DNA from: Burkholderiales bacterium
GTDB taxonomy: Bacteria; Pseudomonadota; Gammaproteobacteria; Burkholderiales; SG8-39
Length of the DNA stretch: 64,000 nucleotides
Reading direction: 5' to 3'
NCBI GenBank assembly: GCA_035456405.1
Contig: DATIDG010000070.1
Location: 68,163 to 132,162 of the forward strand
The notes beneath the pieces were generated by a model. It was given only the letters and a program-made list of their open reading frames with translations, was not told the origin of the DNA and ran no database searches. Made by a program: the position numbers and the translations under genes. Of the stretch, positions 18,134 to 27,666 are shown one piece after another (within the stretch, counting starts at the first letter, position 1; each line of letters begins with the position of its first letter).

Positions 18134-19306
18134 TTATAGCGCGCCCGGCGACGCGGGGGAAGGCCGGCGCATTGCGCCGGCCACGATGCGGTACTCGAAC
18201 AGCCGGCATTCGAGCGGGCCGTTGAAGAGCGGTGTCCGCTTCGATGCCTTCAGCCCGATCAGCTTGGCGAGGCGCAGGTCCGCGGTGAGGAAGTAGCAGC
18301 GCCAGCCCGCGAAGCGCGCCTTGAGCGCGTCGCCGAGCCGCGGATAGAACGCCGCGAGCTCGCTGTCCTCGCCGATCCGCACGCCATAGGGTGGGTTGGC
18401 GACCAGGATACCGGCCGGCGCGGGCGGCGCGAGCTCGAGGATGTTCGCCTGCTTCAGGTGCACCACGCGGTCGAGCCCCGCGGCCCCGATCGCCGCGCGC
18501 GCCTTCGCGAGCTCGGCGCCGTGGAGGTCGGCGCCGAAGATCGCCACCGGCCGCGTGCGGTTCTCGCGCGCACGCGCGCGTTCGCGCACCTCGCGCCACA
18601 GACGCGCATCGAACCCCTCGAGGCGCTCGAAGCCGAAGTCGCGCCGGCTCCCCGGTGCGATTCCGAGCGCGATCGCCGCCGCCTCGAGGAGGATCGTCCC
18701 GCTGCCGCACATCGGGTCGAGGAACGGCTCGTCGCCGCGCCAGCCGGTGAGCGTGATGATCCCGGCGGCGAGGTTCTCCTTCAGCGGCGCTTCCCCGGTG
18801 CGCCCGCGCCAGCCGCGCTTGTGGAGCGGCTCGCCCGAGGTGTCGAGGTAGAGCGTGATCGTGCGCTCGTCCAGGAAGGCGTGGATGCGCACGTCCGGCG
18901 CGCGCGTGTCCACGTCCGGCCTTGCGCCGGCCGCGGCTCGGAACCGGTCGCACACTGCGTCCTTGATGCGCAGAGTGGCGAACTCCAGGCTGCGCAGCGG
19001 CGAGCGGACCGCGTTGACGTCGACGCGGATGGAGTGCTCCACGCGGAAGCGCGCCGGCCAGTCCACGGCGTGAGCCGCGTCATACACGTCCTGCTCATTG
19101 CGGTACGGCGACTCGGCCACGCGCCACAGGACGCGCGTCGCGATCCGGCTCTCGAGGTTCGCCGCGTAGCATGCAGCGAGGTCGCCGTGGAAGAGCACTC
19201 CGCCGCCGGTCGTGCGAACGTCCCTTGCGCCGCACGCGGCGAGCTCCGACGCCGCCACGACCTCGAGGCCGCGCGGGCAGGTGGCGAAGAACGATTGCGC
19301 GGACAT
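18134..19306 (-). CDS. THUMP domain class I SAM-dependent RNA methyltransferase (RlmL/RlmK N-half-like)
   Basis: Start chosen at MSAQSFFATCPRGLE, a typical N-terminus. It has DPMCGSGT and NPPYG motifs. The tracked GTG at 19369 would add 21 aa. Confidence 0.85.
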   Translation of the reverse strand: MSAQSFFATCPRGLEVVAASELAACGARDVRTTGGGVLFHGDLAACYAANLESRIATRVLWRVAESPYRNEQDVYDAAHAVDWPARFRVEHSIRVDVNAVRSPLRSLEFATLRIKDAVCDRFRAAAGARPDVDTRAPDVRIHAFLDERTITLYLDTSGEPLHKRGWRGRTGEAPLKENLAAGIITLTGWRGDEPFLDPMCGSGTILLEAAAIALGIAPGSRRDFGFERLEGFDARLWREVRERARARENRTRPVAIFGADLHGAELAKARAAIGAAGLDRVVHLKQANILELAPPAPAGILVANPPYGVRIGEDSELAAFYPRLGDALKARFAGWRCYFLTADLRLAKLIGLKASKRTPLFNGPLECRLFEYRIVAGAMRRPSPASPGAL

Positions 19307-19343
19307 TGCAGATCGCGGAGGATACCCTGCCCCGGGGGGAGGA

Positions 19344-21007
19344 ATGGCGAACGTTGCGGACCTGCTCACCGCGCAGATCGAGACGCAGGCGCGCGTTCTC
19401 TATCGACAATTCATCGATGGTGCGTGGCGCGACTTCTCCGCTGCCGACGTGGCCGCGCGCGCGGCGCGCTGGCAGGCCGCCTTCCGGCGCGAGGGCTTCC
19501 AGCCCGGCGACCGGATCGCGATCGGGCTGCGGAACGGCGTCGCCTGGGTCGCGCTCGATCTCGCGGCGCTCGCCGCACGGCTCGTCGTCGTCCCGCTGTA
19601 CGTCGACGACAACGCCGACAATCAGGCGTACTGCCTCGCCGACAGCGATGCGCGGCTCGTCGTCGTCGAGACGACGCGCATGGCCGGCGCGCTCACCTGC
19701 GCCGGCGTGGAGGCGGCGCGGATTCTCTGCCTGCGGCCGGACGAAGGAACAAGCCCCCGCGCGGTCGAGGACTTCCTGCCGCGCGACGCGGCGCCGTTCG
19801 CGGTCGAGCCGACCGGGGGGAGACGCTCGCCACCCTCTGCTACACGTCGGGCACGGTCGGTCGGCCGAAGGGCGTGATGCTCACGCACGGCAACATCCTC
19901 GCGAACGTCGCGGGCTGCCGTGCGACCGGCATGGGGCGCGCGGACGACGTGTTCCTCTCGTTCCTCCCGCTCTCGCACATGTTCGAGCGCACCGGCGGCT
20001 ACTACCTGCCGCTCGCGCTCGGCGCGCAGATCGTCCACTCGCGCGGCATCGCGCAGCTCCCGGAGGATTTCGCCGCGCAGCGGCCGACCGCCATCTTCGC
20101 GGTGCCGCGCGTGTTCGAGAAGTTCGCCGAGCGGATCCGCGCCGCGGTGGGCGGGTCGCGATGGAAGCTCGCGCTCCTCGAGCATTGCGCGTCCGCCGGC
20201 AGCCGGGTCGAGCTGGGCGGTGCGGGCATCCCCGACCGTCTGCTCGCGGACGTCCTGCGGCCGCTCGTCGCGCGCCCGATCCTCGCGCGCTTCGGCGGGC
20301 GCCTGCGGCTCGCGGTCGTGGGCGGCGCGGCGATGGATCCGGCGATCTCGCGCCTGTTCATCGGCCTGGGACTGCCGATTCTCCAGGGCTACGACATGAC
20401 CGAGGCCTGCCCGGTGATCGCGGTGAACCGGCTCGGCGACAACGACCCGGACACGGTCGGTCGCCCGCTCGAGAACGTGGCGCTGCGGCTGAGCCCGCAG
20501 GGCGAGATCCAGGTGCGCGGTCCGAGCATCATGGCCGGGTACTGGCGGAACCCGGAGGCCACCGCCCGCGTGCTCGCGACGGACGGCTGGCTGAGCACCG
20601 GCGATCTCGGGGAGATGCGCGACGGCCGTCTCGCGATCCGCGGCCGGCTGAAGGACGTGCTCGTGCTCTCGAACGGCGAGAGGCTGCCGCCGCAGGACAT
20701 CGAGCTCGCGATCCTCGGCGACGGCGCGTTCGAGCAGCTCATGCTGGTCGGCGAGGGCCGGCCGTTCCTCACTCTCGTGGCGGTGACGAAGGAGTCCGAC
20801 GAGAAGCAGCTCGTGAAGCGCGCGAACGAGCGCCTGAAGGCATATCCGCGTTACGTGCGCGTGCGCCGCGCGATCGTTGCGCCGGAGCCGTGGACGGTCG
20901 AGAACGGGCTGCTCACGCCGACGCTCAAGATTCGGCGCGAGCAGGTGCTCAAGCGTTTCGCGGACGAAATCGAGAAGGTGTACGCGGGAGACGCGGCGGG
21001 CGAGTGA
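19344..21007 (+). pseudogene. Long-chain acyl-CoA ligase (AMP-dependent synthetase), reading frame broken in a G6 run
   Basis: The N-terminal part runs from ATG 19344 (GGAGGA ribosome-binding site) to ...AVEPTGG. The C-terminal part continues in another frame as ETLATLCYTSGTVGRPKGVMLTHGN... to 21007. The two frames join if G6 at 19815-19820 were G7. Confidence 0.8.
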
Positions 21008-21226
21008 CGCGGACCCCCGCGTCGATCTCGGGCGGGTGTCGTTGAACGCCGCAGTCGTTCGGTCGTTCGCCGGACTGAGGTCGGGGACCCCGCGACGACT
21101 GATCGGTGTGGGACCGAGAAGGCGTCGGTGAAGCGCGGGCGGAACGGACGCCGAGTGACGCCCGCCCCGCCCATCCCCGCCCATGAGAGAACTCGGGACC
21201 TCGCGCGCGCGGCCGGGGGCGCGCGG

Positions 21227-21460
21227 TCAGCCGCGCGCGGACGCGGTCTTTGCGGCCTGAACGATGTCGGCGCGCAGGAGCCCGACGTCGCGCAGCTCGC
21301 GGTCGTCCAGGACCGCCAGCTCGCGAACCGTCTGCTGGGCCCGGTACCGCGCGACGAGCGCGGCGATCCGTTCGGTGAGCCACGTCCAGGCAAGCCGGCG
21401 GACTGCAGCTTCGAAGCGGTAGACATCGGCGGGCCGGCGAGTGGTAGCGGGTGCGTTCAT
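21227..21460 (-). CDS. DUF1127 domain small protein
   Basis: 77 aa with the C-terminal LDDRELRDVGLLRADI motif typical of DUF1127. A strong GGAGAGAGAG ribosome-binding site lies upstream. Confidence 0.8.
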   Translation of the reverse strand: MNAPATTRRPADVYRFEAAVRRLAWTWLTERIAALVARYRAQQTVRELAVLDDRELRDVGLLRADIVQAAKTASARG

Positions 21461-21653
21461 CTCTCTCTCCTCGTGGTGGGGGATCCGGAGGCGGGGGCAG
21501 CCCCGGAATCACGAGGCGCAGTGTGGCGAGAGGGGACTCAAGGATGGCTCACGGATCACGAAGCCGGCGCGCAGGAGCCAAGACGTCGTTGTAACATGTT
21601 GATGATAAGCAAGTTTCAGGTCAGAGGCGAGCCCGGTACCAGCGGCGCGCGGT

Positions 21654-21696
21654 GACGCTCACCAAGCGACTCACACGCGACTCACGGCTCACTCAC
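21654..21696 (-). promoter_or_regulatory. Phased direct repeats (candidate activator site) between the SARP-type regulator and the DUF1127 gene
   Basis: GCGACTCAC occurs at 21666-21674 and again at 21677-21685, exactly 11 bp apart. Degenerate copies GACGCTCAC (21654-21662) and CACTCAC (21690-21696) continue the 11-12 bp phasing. The strand assignment is tentative. Confidence 0.4.
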
Positions 21697-21706
21697 CGGG
21701 GTCCGG

Positions 21707-24700
21707 TCAGCGCGGCGCGTCGAGCGAGCGCCGGACCGCTTCGGTCTCCGCCGAGGGCGACAGCCCCAGCACCACCGAGAGGAGCTCGCGGCACCGCCGG
21801 TAGGTCTGCAGGGCGGCAGCCGGCTGCCCGAGCTCGCGGTGGCAGATCATGAGCTCGCGGTAGAGCGCCTCGGCCAGGTTGTCGAGCTCGAGCGCCCGCT
21901 CGTACAGCGCGACCGCATCGGCCCACCGGCCTGCCGTCTGCAGCCGGTGCCCGATCCCGGCCACGGTGCGTCCGAGCTTCGAGCGGAGGCGATCGCGCAG
22001 CTCGATCGCCCACGGCGCATCCTCGTCCGCCGCCAGGAAGTGCCCGGGATACGCATCGAGGACCGCGCGCCCGAGGCGCGCCGGCTCTTGAGCGGCGAGG
22101 TCACCCGTTGAGGCAGGGGCGTCGGCATCGCGCGCGAGGCACTCGAACGCCCACACGTCGAGCCAGCACTTGCGCCGGTCGAGCGAGAGCTTGCCCTCGG
22201 CGAGCACGAGCACGTCGTCGCGGCCGAGGAGCTTGCGCAGCCGATAGAGCGTCGTGTCGAACGAGCCCTTCGCCGCGTCGCCGTCCGCACCGGGCCACAG
22301 CAGCGCGGCGAGCCGGGACGCCTCCACTCTCTCGCTCCCCAGCGCGACCAGCGCCTTCAGCAGCTCGAGCGGTTTCTTCTGCGCCTTACCGCGGATCTCG
22401 AGCGGCGCGCCATCGCGCGCGAGCTCGAAGCGGCCGAGGGCACGGATCGCGAGGGGCCAGGGCCAGGCCGCGAGCGCAGGCGAGCGCGGGCGCAGCTTGA
22501 GCTTGACGACGATCTCCCGCGCGTGCTCGACCTCGATGCCGTCGGCGAGCGCGAGCTCTACGACCTCGACGAAGAGCGGCATGCTGAGGAGCGGCCGGCC
22601 GGTGATGCACTGGCTCTCGCGCGCGAGGCACATGCCTTCGCGCAGATGCGCGAGCGCATCTGCGGTGCGGCCGAGGCGGCTCTCAGCCACGGCGAGCAGC
22701 TGCAACGCCGGAAAGAGGACGTGCGGGCCGTTCAGCTCGCGCGCGGCGTCGACCGCTTCTTCCAGCACCGCCCGCGCCACCTGGTCCTCGCCGCGGGCGA
22801 GCCGCACCATGGCGAGGTTCGCGAGCGACATCGAGAAGCCGACCGAGCGCGGCGTCATGATCGAGGCGAGTTCGACGGCGGTGGACCACGCGCCCTCTAG
22901 GTCGCCGCGCTCGAGCCGCGCAAGCGTGCTGTACTGGAGATGGCTGCCGATCATCCGCGTCACGAAGGTCGGCGTCCGGTTGAGCCGCTCCTCCCACGCG
23001 CGCACCGCGTGCCCGTCGCCGGCCACGAGGGCGTCCCGCAGCTCCATGATCACCGGTCCCATCTGGTCGAGAGGGCTTGCTGCCGGGTCGGCGCGGAGCG
23101 GCGCCGTCTCGGCGCGCGCGGCCGCGAGGTCGCCGCGGTGGTACGCGTCGTTCGAGCGCGCGGTGACGAACGTGTAGCGGTCGCGGACCGACACGCCCGA
23201 CGCCGCGATGTCGCCGGCCGCGGTGGCGACCACCGACCGCAGCTTCGCGATGTCGCCCGAGTAGCTGTAGGCCAGCCCGGCGAAACCCGCCATGCGCACC
23301 CGCTGCGCGGGGTCGGGCAGCTCGCGCGCGAGCCGGTCGGCCCGTTCGACCCACGCCAGCCACTGCGGGTGGCGCGCCGGCACGCGGTAGTCGGCGTTGA
23401 AGTTCCGGATGATCCTCGCCTCGATCTGCGGGTCCGCGACCGGGCCGTGGCGCTCGTACTGTGCCCGGACCTCCGCGAGCAGCCTCTCGAGCTCCGCCGC
23501 CGAGCCCGCAGTCTGGAACAGCCAGCCGCGCGCGGCGCACGACCCGACGAGATCGCCGGCCGCGTCGAAGAGCGCGGCCGACTGCCCGAGCGCCGGGCGG
23601 AACGCCGCATCACGCGCCACCGCCTTGCACAGTCCCAGCCACAGGAGCAGCCAGGGCGACGCGGCGACTGCGGCGGGAGGGAGGACGTCGAGCCAGCCGC
23701 GCAGCGTCTGGAATCGCGCCTGCTCGACCAGCTGCGCGGCATGGCGTTCGACGAACGCCGCGAGGCGCACCCAGTCGGCGGCGTCGATGAGGAGCTCCGC
23801 CGCCGCGGCGAGCTCGCCGCTCTCTTCGAGCAGCGCCGCCGCCCGGCCCTTGAGCGCCGCGAGCGCGGCGGCGTCGAGCGCCTCCGCGGCGCGCGCGGCC
23901 AGGAACTCGCGGAACAGCGGGTGGTACTCGTAGACGGTCTCTGCGCCGGGCCGGCGGTCGGTGAAGAAGTTGTCGGCATGGAGATCGGCGAGGATGCGCG
24001 CGGCGCGCGCGTCGCCGGTCAGCGCCTGGGCGATGCTCGCGGTGGCGTGCGGGAGGAACGCCGTGCGGTACAGGAACGCCTGCGTCGTCGCGGGAATCCG
24101 CGACCAGACCTGGCTCGCGAAATAGTCGAACAGCTGGCGCGGCGGCTCGCGCTGCGCGTCGCGCAGGTCGACGCCCCGCTGCGCCGCGCGCAGCATCAGC
24201 ACCATCCCCGCCGCCCAGCCGCGGCTGATCGCGAGCAGCGCGGCGACGTGCTCGGCGTCCTCGACACCCCACCCGCGCGCGAGCGTCGCGGCCTCCTCGG
24301 GGAGAAACTGGATATCGCGCCAGTCGATGGTCTTGAACGCGGGATTGAGGCTCCACTTCGCCAGGGCGGCGGGCGGCTCGGCGCGGCTGAGGACGACGAC
24401 CCGCGCCTGCTCCGGAAGGTGATCGAGGAGCGCGACGACCAGGTCGTGGAAGCGCGAGTCGGCGTCGACGTCCTGGTAGTTGTCGAAGACGATGACGATC
24501 GGCGTCGCGAGGCGGGCGAAGAACGCCTCGAAGAAGCGCCGCGCGAACGCTTCCAGCGCCACGTAGTCCGCCGCGGTGAACCCCGGCAGCGGCGCGCCGC
24601 CGTGATCCCGTGTCGCGAGGTGCAGATAGTGCGTGAAGCTCGCGAGATCCGCGTCGCTCGCGTCCACCTGGTACCAGAGGCAGTCGAGCCCGCGCGTCTC

Positions 24701-24928
24701 GACGAACGCCGACACGAGCGAGGTCTTGCCCGCCCCGCCCGGACCGCTGACCCAGACGATCCTGCCGCGGAGCCGCTCGTCGAGCCGGTTGAACAGGCGC
24801 TCCCGCGGGACGAGTCCGTCTGCGCCCGGCCGCAGGAGCTTCGCGGGCAGGGGTGGCCGCCGCGGCGCGGAATGCTGCTGCGACCCGGCGCGCCTGGCGG
24901 AAGTCGCGCTTTCTTGCTGGGTACCCAT
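21707..24928 (-). CDS. Large STAND (MalT-like) ATPase-helical repeat regulator with C-terminal SARP module (OmpR/PhoB wHTH + BTAD)
   Basis: 1073 aa from ATG 24928 (MGTQQ...). It has Walker A GPGGAGKTS, Walker B VIVFDNYQ, RGWAAG and YHPLFREFL (MalT-like). The C-terminus has ALGRFELARDG...LYRLRKLL (wHTH) and YERALELDNLAEALYRELMICH (BTAD). The tracked ORF's extra 149 N-terminal aa are Arg-rich junk. Confidence 0.85.
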   Translation of the reverse strand: MGTQQESATSARRAGSQQHSAPRRPPLPAKLLRPGADGLVPRERLFNRLDERLRGRIVWVSGPGGAGKTSLVSAFVETRGLDCLWYQVDASDADLASFTHYLHLATRDHGGAPLPGFTAADYVALEAFARRFFEAFFARLATPIVIVFDNYQDVDADSRFHDLVVALLDHLPEQARVVVLSRAEPPAALAKWSLNPAFKTIDWRDIQFLPEEAATLARGWGVEDAEHVAALLAISRGWAAGMVLMLRAAQRGVDLRDAQREPPRQLFDYFASQVWSRIPATTQAFLYRTAFLPHATASIAQALTGDARAARILADLHADNFFTDRRPGAETVYEYHPLFREFLAARAAEALDAAALAALKGRAAALLEESGELAAAAELLIDAADWVRLAAFVERHAAQLVEQARFQTLRGWLDVLPPAAVAASPWLLLWLGLCKAVARDAAFRPALGQSAALFDAAGDLVGSCAARGWLFQTAGSAAELERLLAEVRAQYERHGPVADPQIEARIIRNFNADYRVPARHPQWLAWVERADRLARELPDPAQRVRMAGFAGLAYSYSGDIAKLRSVVATAAGDIAASGVSVRDRYTFVTARSNDAYHRGDLAAARAETAPLRADPAASPLDQMGPVIMELRDALVAGDGHAVRAWEERLNRTPTFVTRMIGSHLQYSTLARLERGDLEGAWSTAVELASIMTPRSVGFSMSLANLAMVRLARGEDQVARAVLEEAVDAARELNGPHVLFPALQLLAVAESRLGRTADALAHLREGMCLARESQCITGRPLLSMPLFVEVVELALADGIEVEHAREIVVKLKLRPRSPALAAWPWPLAIRALGRFELARDGAPLEIRGKAQKKPLELLKALVALGSERVEASRLAALLWPGADGDAAKGSFDTTLYRLRKLLGRDDVLVLAEGKLSLDRRKCWLDVWAFECLARDADAPASTGDLAAQEPARLGRAVLDAYPGHFLAADEDAPWAIELRDRLRSKLGRTVAGIGHRLQTAGRWADAVALYERALELDNLAEALYRELMICHRELGQPAAALQTYRRCRELLSVVLGLSPSAETEAVRRSLDAPR

Positions 24929-25032
24929 GCCGCCCCCGCGGTCTCTTCTTGGGCCCGGTCTCCGGTCCTGCGGGACCCGGCACGGCGAGCATAGGAACTC
25001 GCCCGGTCGAGCGCAAGCCGCGGGCGCGGCGA

Positions 25033-27657
25033 TCACCGCACGGCTGCCCCCGCCGTTGCGAACGCGCTGCGGACCTTCACGGTGCGCTCGAGCTCGTCGA
25101 GCGCCTCGAGCACCTTGCGGCGCAGGTCCGGGTCGAGCTTCGCCTGCCGGACGAAACGCCTGGCCGCGCTCGCCGACGCCATGTCGATCTGCCCGCCGAG
25201 GAACGCGGCGAGCCAGTTGTTGACGAAGAAGATCTTGCGTTCGCGCTTGAGCTGCGGCAGCCGCGCGAGCGCGCGCTCGAGGTACGGCGCGGTCAGCGCC
25301 GCGTGCTCGACGGTGTTGAACGGCAGCACCGCTTCTTCCATCCAGCTCTCGGGAAGCGCGCGGTCGTCGAACCACGCTTTGAAGTAGGCCGCCTTCGTCG
25401 CCGCGTCGGGCCGGGCGGCCGCGACGGCGTACGCATAGCGGCGTCCGTCGTCGCTCGCATCAGCCTGCGACTGCGCGGCGAGCAGCGCGTCGGCTTCGGG
25501 ATCGTCGAGCGCGAGCAGGCGCTCGACGATGCGAAAGCGCTCGCGCGAGCTCAAGGTCACGTCGGGCACGCCGCGCATGCCCGCGAGCAGCGCCTTAAGC
25601 GTGGCCCGCGCATCCGCGGTCGTGGCGGCGGCGACGAACGCCCGGAAGTAGGTGACGCGCAGGCCCTTGTCCGCCGCACGCGTCATCCCGCGCTCGAATG
25701 CGGCTTCTACGCCCGGCGCAACGGCGGCACGCTGCGCGTCGGAGAGATACCAGCGCAGCGCCGTCTGCGCGCGACCGACGAGGCTCGCGACCGTCAACGC
25801 GTCGCTCTCACGCGGCGCCTGCGTGAGCGCGAGATCGAGGTACTCGATCGGCGCGAGACGGGCGTCGCGCACTTCCTCCCACAGCGCGTCGAGCAGCAGC
25901 GCGCGCAGGAACGCGTCCTCGATCCCGCCGACGTCGGCGAGCACCGCCGCGCGGCTCGCATCGTCCAGGACGAAGCGGCCGTAGGCGTAGTCGCCGTGGT
26001 TCGCGAACGCGTAGCGCGGCGCGGGCGCGCCCACCAGCTCGCGGACCACGGTGCTGCCACCTTCCAGCGCGACGGGCAGCGTGCGCGTGCCGCCTTCGCC
26101 CGCCACCAGCAGCTCGGTGCGCATCGGCCACACGCCGTCGCCGCCGAGCGTGTCCGACTGCGTGAGCGTGAAGCGCGCGATCCGGCCGTCGCCGTCCGTA
26201 CGCCAAGCGGTGCGCACCGTCGGCACGCCGCGGCGCCTGACCCAGGCGTTCGCCCAGGCGTCGAGCTTCCGTCCCGACGAGCCTTCGAACGCGCGCACCA
26301 GATCGCTCCAGTCGGCGGCGCCGTAGGCGTGGGTGTGCACGAACGCCTGCACTGCGCGCCGGAACGCGTCCGCGCCGAGGTAGAACTCGGCCTGCCGCAA
26401 CACCGCCGGCGCCTTGCTGTACACGATGCTGCCGTACGCGGACTTCGCGGCCGACAGGTTTGCGAGGCGCTGCCAGATCGGCGTCGTGCCCTGCGTCGCG
26501 TCGGTGCGGTAGGCGGCGACCTTGAGCTGGTGGAACGCGTTCCAGGCGCTGTACTCCGGCGTGATCGTCTCCGCAGCCTTGGCGGCCATGAAGTTGGCGA
26601 AGCCCTCTTTCAGCCAGAGGTCGTCGAACCAGCGCATGGTGACGAGATCGCCGAACCACTGGTGCGAGGTCTCGTGGAAGAGTAGCTGCGCGCGCCGCAG
26701 CCTGTCGGCCGCCGCGGGCTCGAACGGGAAGAGCACCGCTTCCTCGCGCAGGAAAGTCGCGCCCGCGTGCTCCATGCCGCCGTAGGGAAACTCGGGCACC
26801 AGCACCAGGTCGTGCTTCGGAAAGGGAAAGGGGAACCCGAAGTAGTCCGCGAAGAAGTACAACGCCGTGCGATGCAGGCGGAAGGTCTCGTGCGCCTCGG
26901 CTTGCGCGCGCGCGAGCCGCGACTTGCGGACGAGGATGCGCGTCTCGGGCTGCGGCACGGCGTTGTCCTCGCGCTCGTCGAGAACGGCGAACGGGCCGGC
27001 GGCGAAGGCGAAGAGATACGTGCTGATCGGCTCGGTCGCGCGAAAGCGCACGCGCCTTGCCCTACCGTCGGCGACCGCCTCCGCTGCGGGCGCGTTCGAC
27101 ACCGCCTCCCAGCCGGCGGGGATCGACAGCGCGAGCGTGAAGCGGCCCTTGAGGTCGGGCTGGTCGAAGCACGGGAAGACGGTGCTCGCGTCCGACGGCA
27201 CGAACAGCGAGTACACGTACTCGGCGCCGTCCTCGCGGTCGCGGTAGAGCGTTACTGCGGTGCCGGCGGTCGCGATCGGCGCTGCGAAGCGCAGCCGCAC
27301 CGTGTTCCCCCCGGTGCGCACGTGGCGCGCTGGGATCACGAGGTGCTCGCGCACGACGCGCGGCCTGCCGATCGCGACGCCGTTCGCCTCGACCTCCCGG
27401 ATCGCGCCGCCGGGCGGCGGCCGCCAGTCGAGCACGAGACCGACCGGCTTCCCGCGCACCGCCACGCGGAGCTCGAGGCTGCCCTCGAGGTGCGCGAGCG
27501 GCGCCGCGATCGAGACGTTCAGGTCGTAGCGGAGGTCGCCGTAGCGCGCTGCCCGCCAGCGCGCCAGATCGCGCGCAACGCCCGGCTCCAGCGCCGGCGC
27601 GGCGGCCGCCTCAGCCATGACCATTGCCGCCGCGAGGAGCGCGCCGCCGGACCGCAT
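25033..27657 (-). CDS. Secreted M1 family metallo-aminopeptidase (PepN-like)
   Basis: 874 aa with an N-terminal signal-like AAAMVMAEAAAAP, GGMEHAG (GxMEN) and HETSHQWFGDLVT...WLKEGFA (HExxH-18-E). Confidence 0.9.
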   Translation of the reverse strand: MRSGGALLAAAMVMAEAAAAPALEPGVARDLARWRAARYGDLRYDLNVSIAAPLAHLEGSLELRVAVRGKPVGLVLDWRPPPGGAIREVEANGVAIGRPRVVREHLVIPARHVRTGGNTVRLRFAAPIATAGTAVTLYRDREDGAEYVYSLFVPSDASTVFPCFDQPDLKGRFTLALSIPAGWEAVSNAPAAEAVADGRARRVRFRATEPISTYLFAFAAGPFAVLDEREDNAVPQPETRILVRKSRLARAQAEAHETFRLHRTALYFFADYFGFPFPFPKHDLVLVPEFPYGGMEHAGATFLREEAVLFPFEPAAADRLRRAQLLFHETSHQWFGDLVTMRWFDDLWLKEGFANFMAAKAAETITPEYSAWNAFHQLKVAAYRTDATQGTTPIWQRLANLSAAKSAYGSIVYSKAPAVLRQAEFYLGADAFRRAVQAFVHTHAYGAADWSDLVRAFEGSSGRKLDAWANAWVRRRGVPTVRTAWRTDGDGRIARFTLTQSDTLGGDGVWPMRTELLVAGEGGTRTLPVALEGGSTVVRELVGAPAPRYAFANHGDYAYGRFVLDDASRAAVLADVGGIEDAFLRALLLDALWEEVRDARLAPIEYLDLALTQAPRESDALTVASLVGRAQTALRWYLSDAQRAAVAPGVEAAFERGMTRAADKGLRVTYFRAFVAAATTADARATLKALLAGMRGVPDVTLSSRERFRIVERLLALDDPEADALLAAQSQADASDDGRRYAYAVAAARPDAATKAAYFKAWFDDRALPESWMEEAVLPFNTVEHAALTAPYLERALARLPQLKRERKIFFVNNWLAAFLGGQIDMASASAARRFVRQAKLDPDLRRKVLEALDELERTVKVRSAFATAGAAVR

Positions 27658-27666
27658 GCCCCGTCG

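Noticed and set aside
18458-21007. A single 849-aa ORF that seems to span the methyltransferase antisense region and the acyl-CoA ligase.
   Set aside because: Only its C-terminal ~395 aa are ligase sequence, and the upstream part is antisense junk. The real N-terminus is in the 19344 frame, joined through the G-run frameshift.
21652-21852. A plus-strand 66-aa ORF covering the phased repeats and the regulator's 3' end.
   Set aside because: It is Arg/Ala/Pro-rich, has no ribosome-binding site, and is antisense to a well-supported BTAD-coding region.
24929-25375. A 149-aa N-terminal extension of the STAND regulator ORF (the tracked start at 25375) that overlaps the 3' end of the M1 peptidase gene.
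   Set aside because: The extension is Arg/Ala-rich with no motifs and overlaps a well-supported gene. ATG 24928 (MGTQQ) leaves a normal 104-nt spacer.
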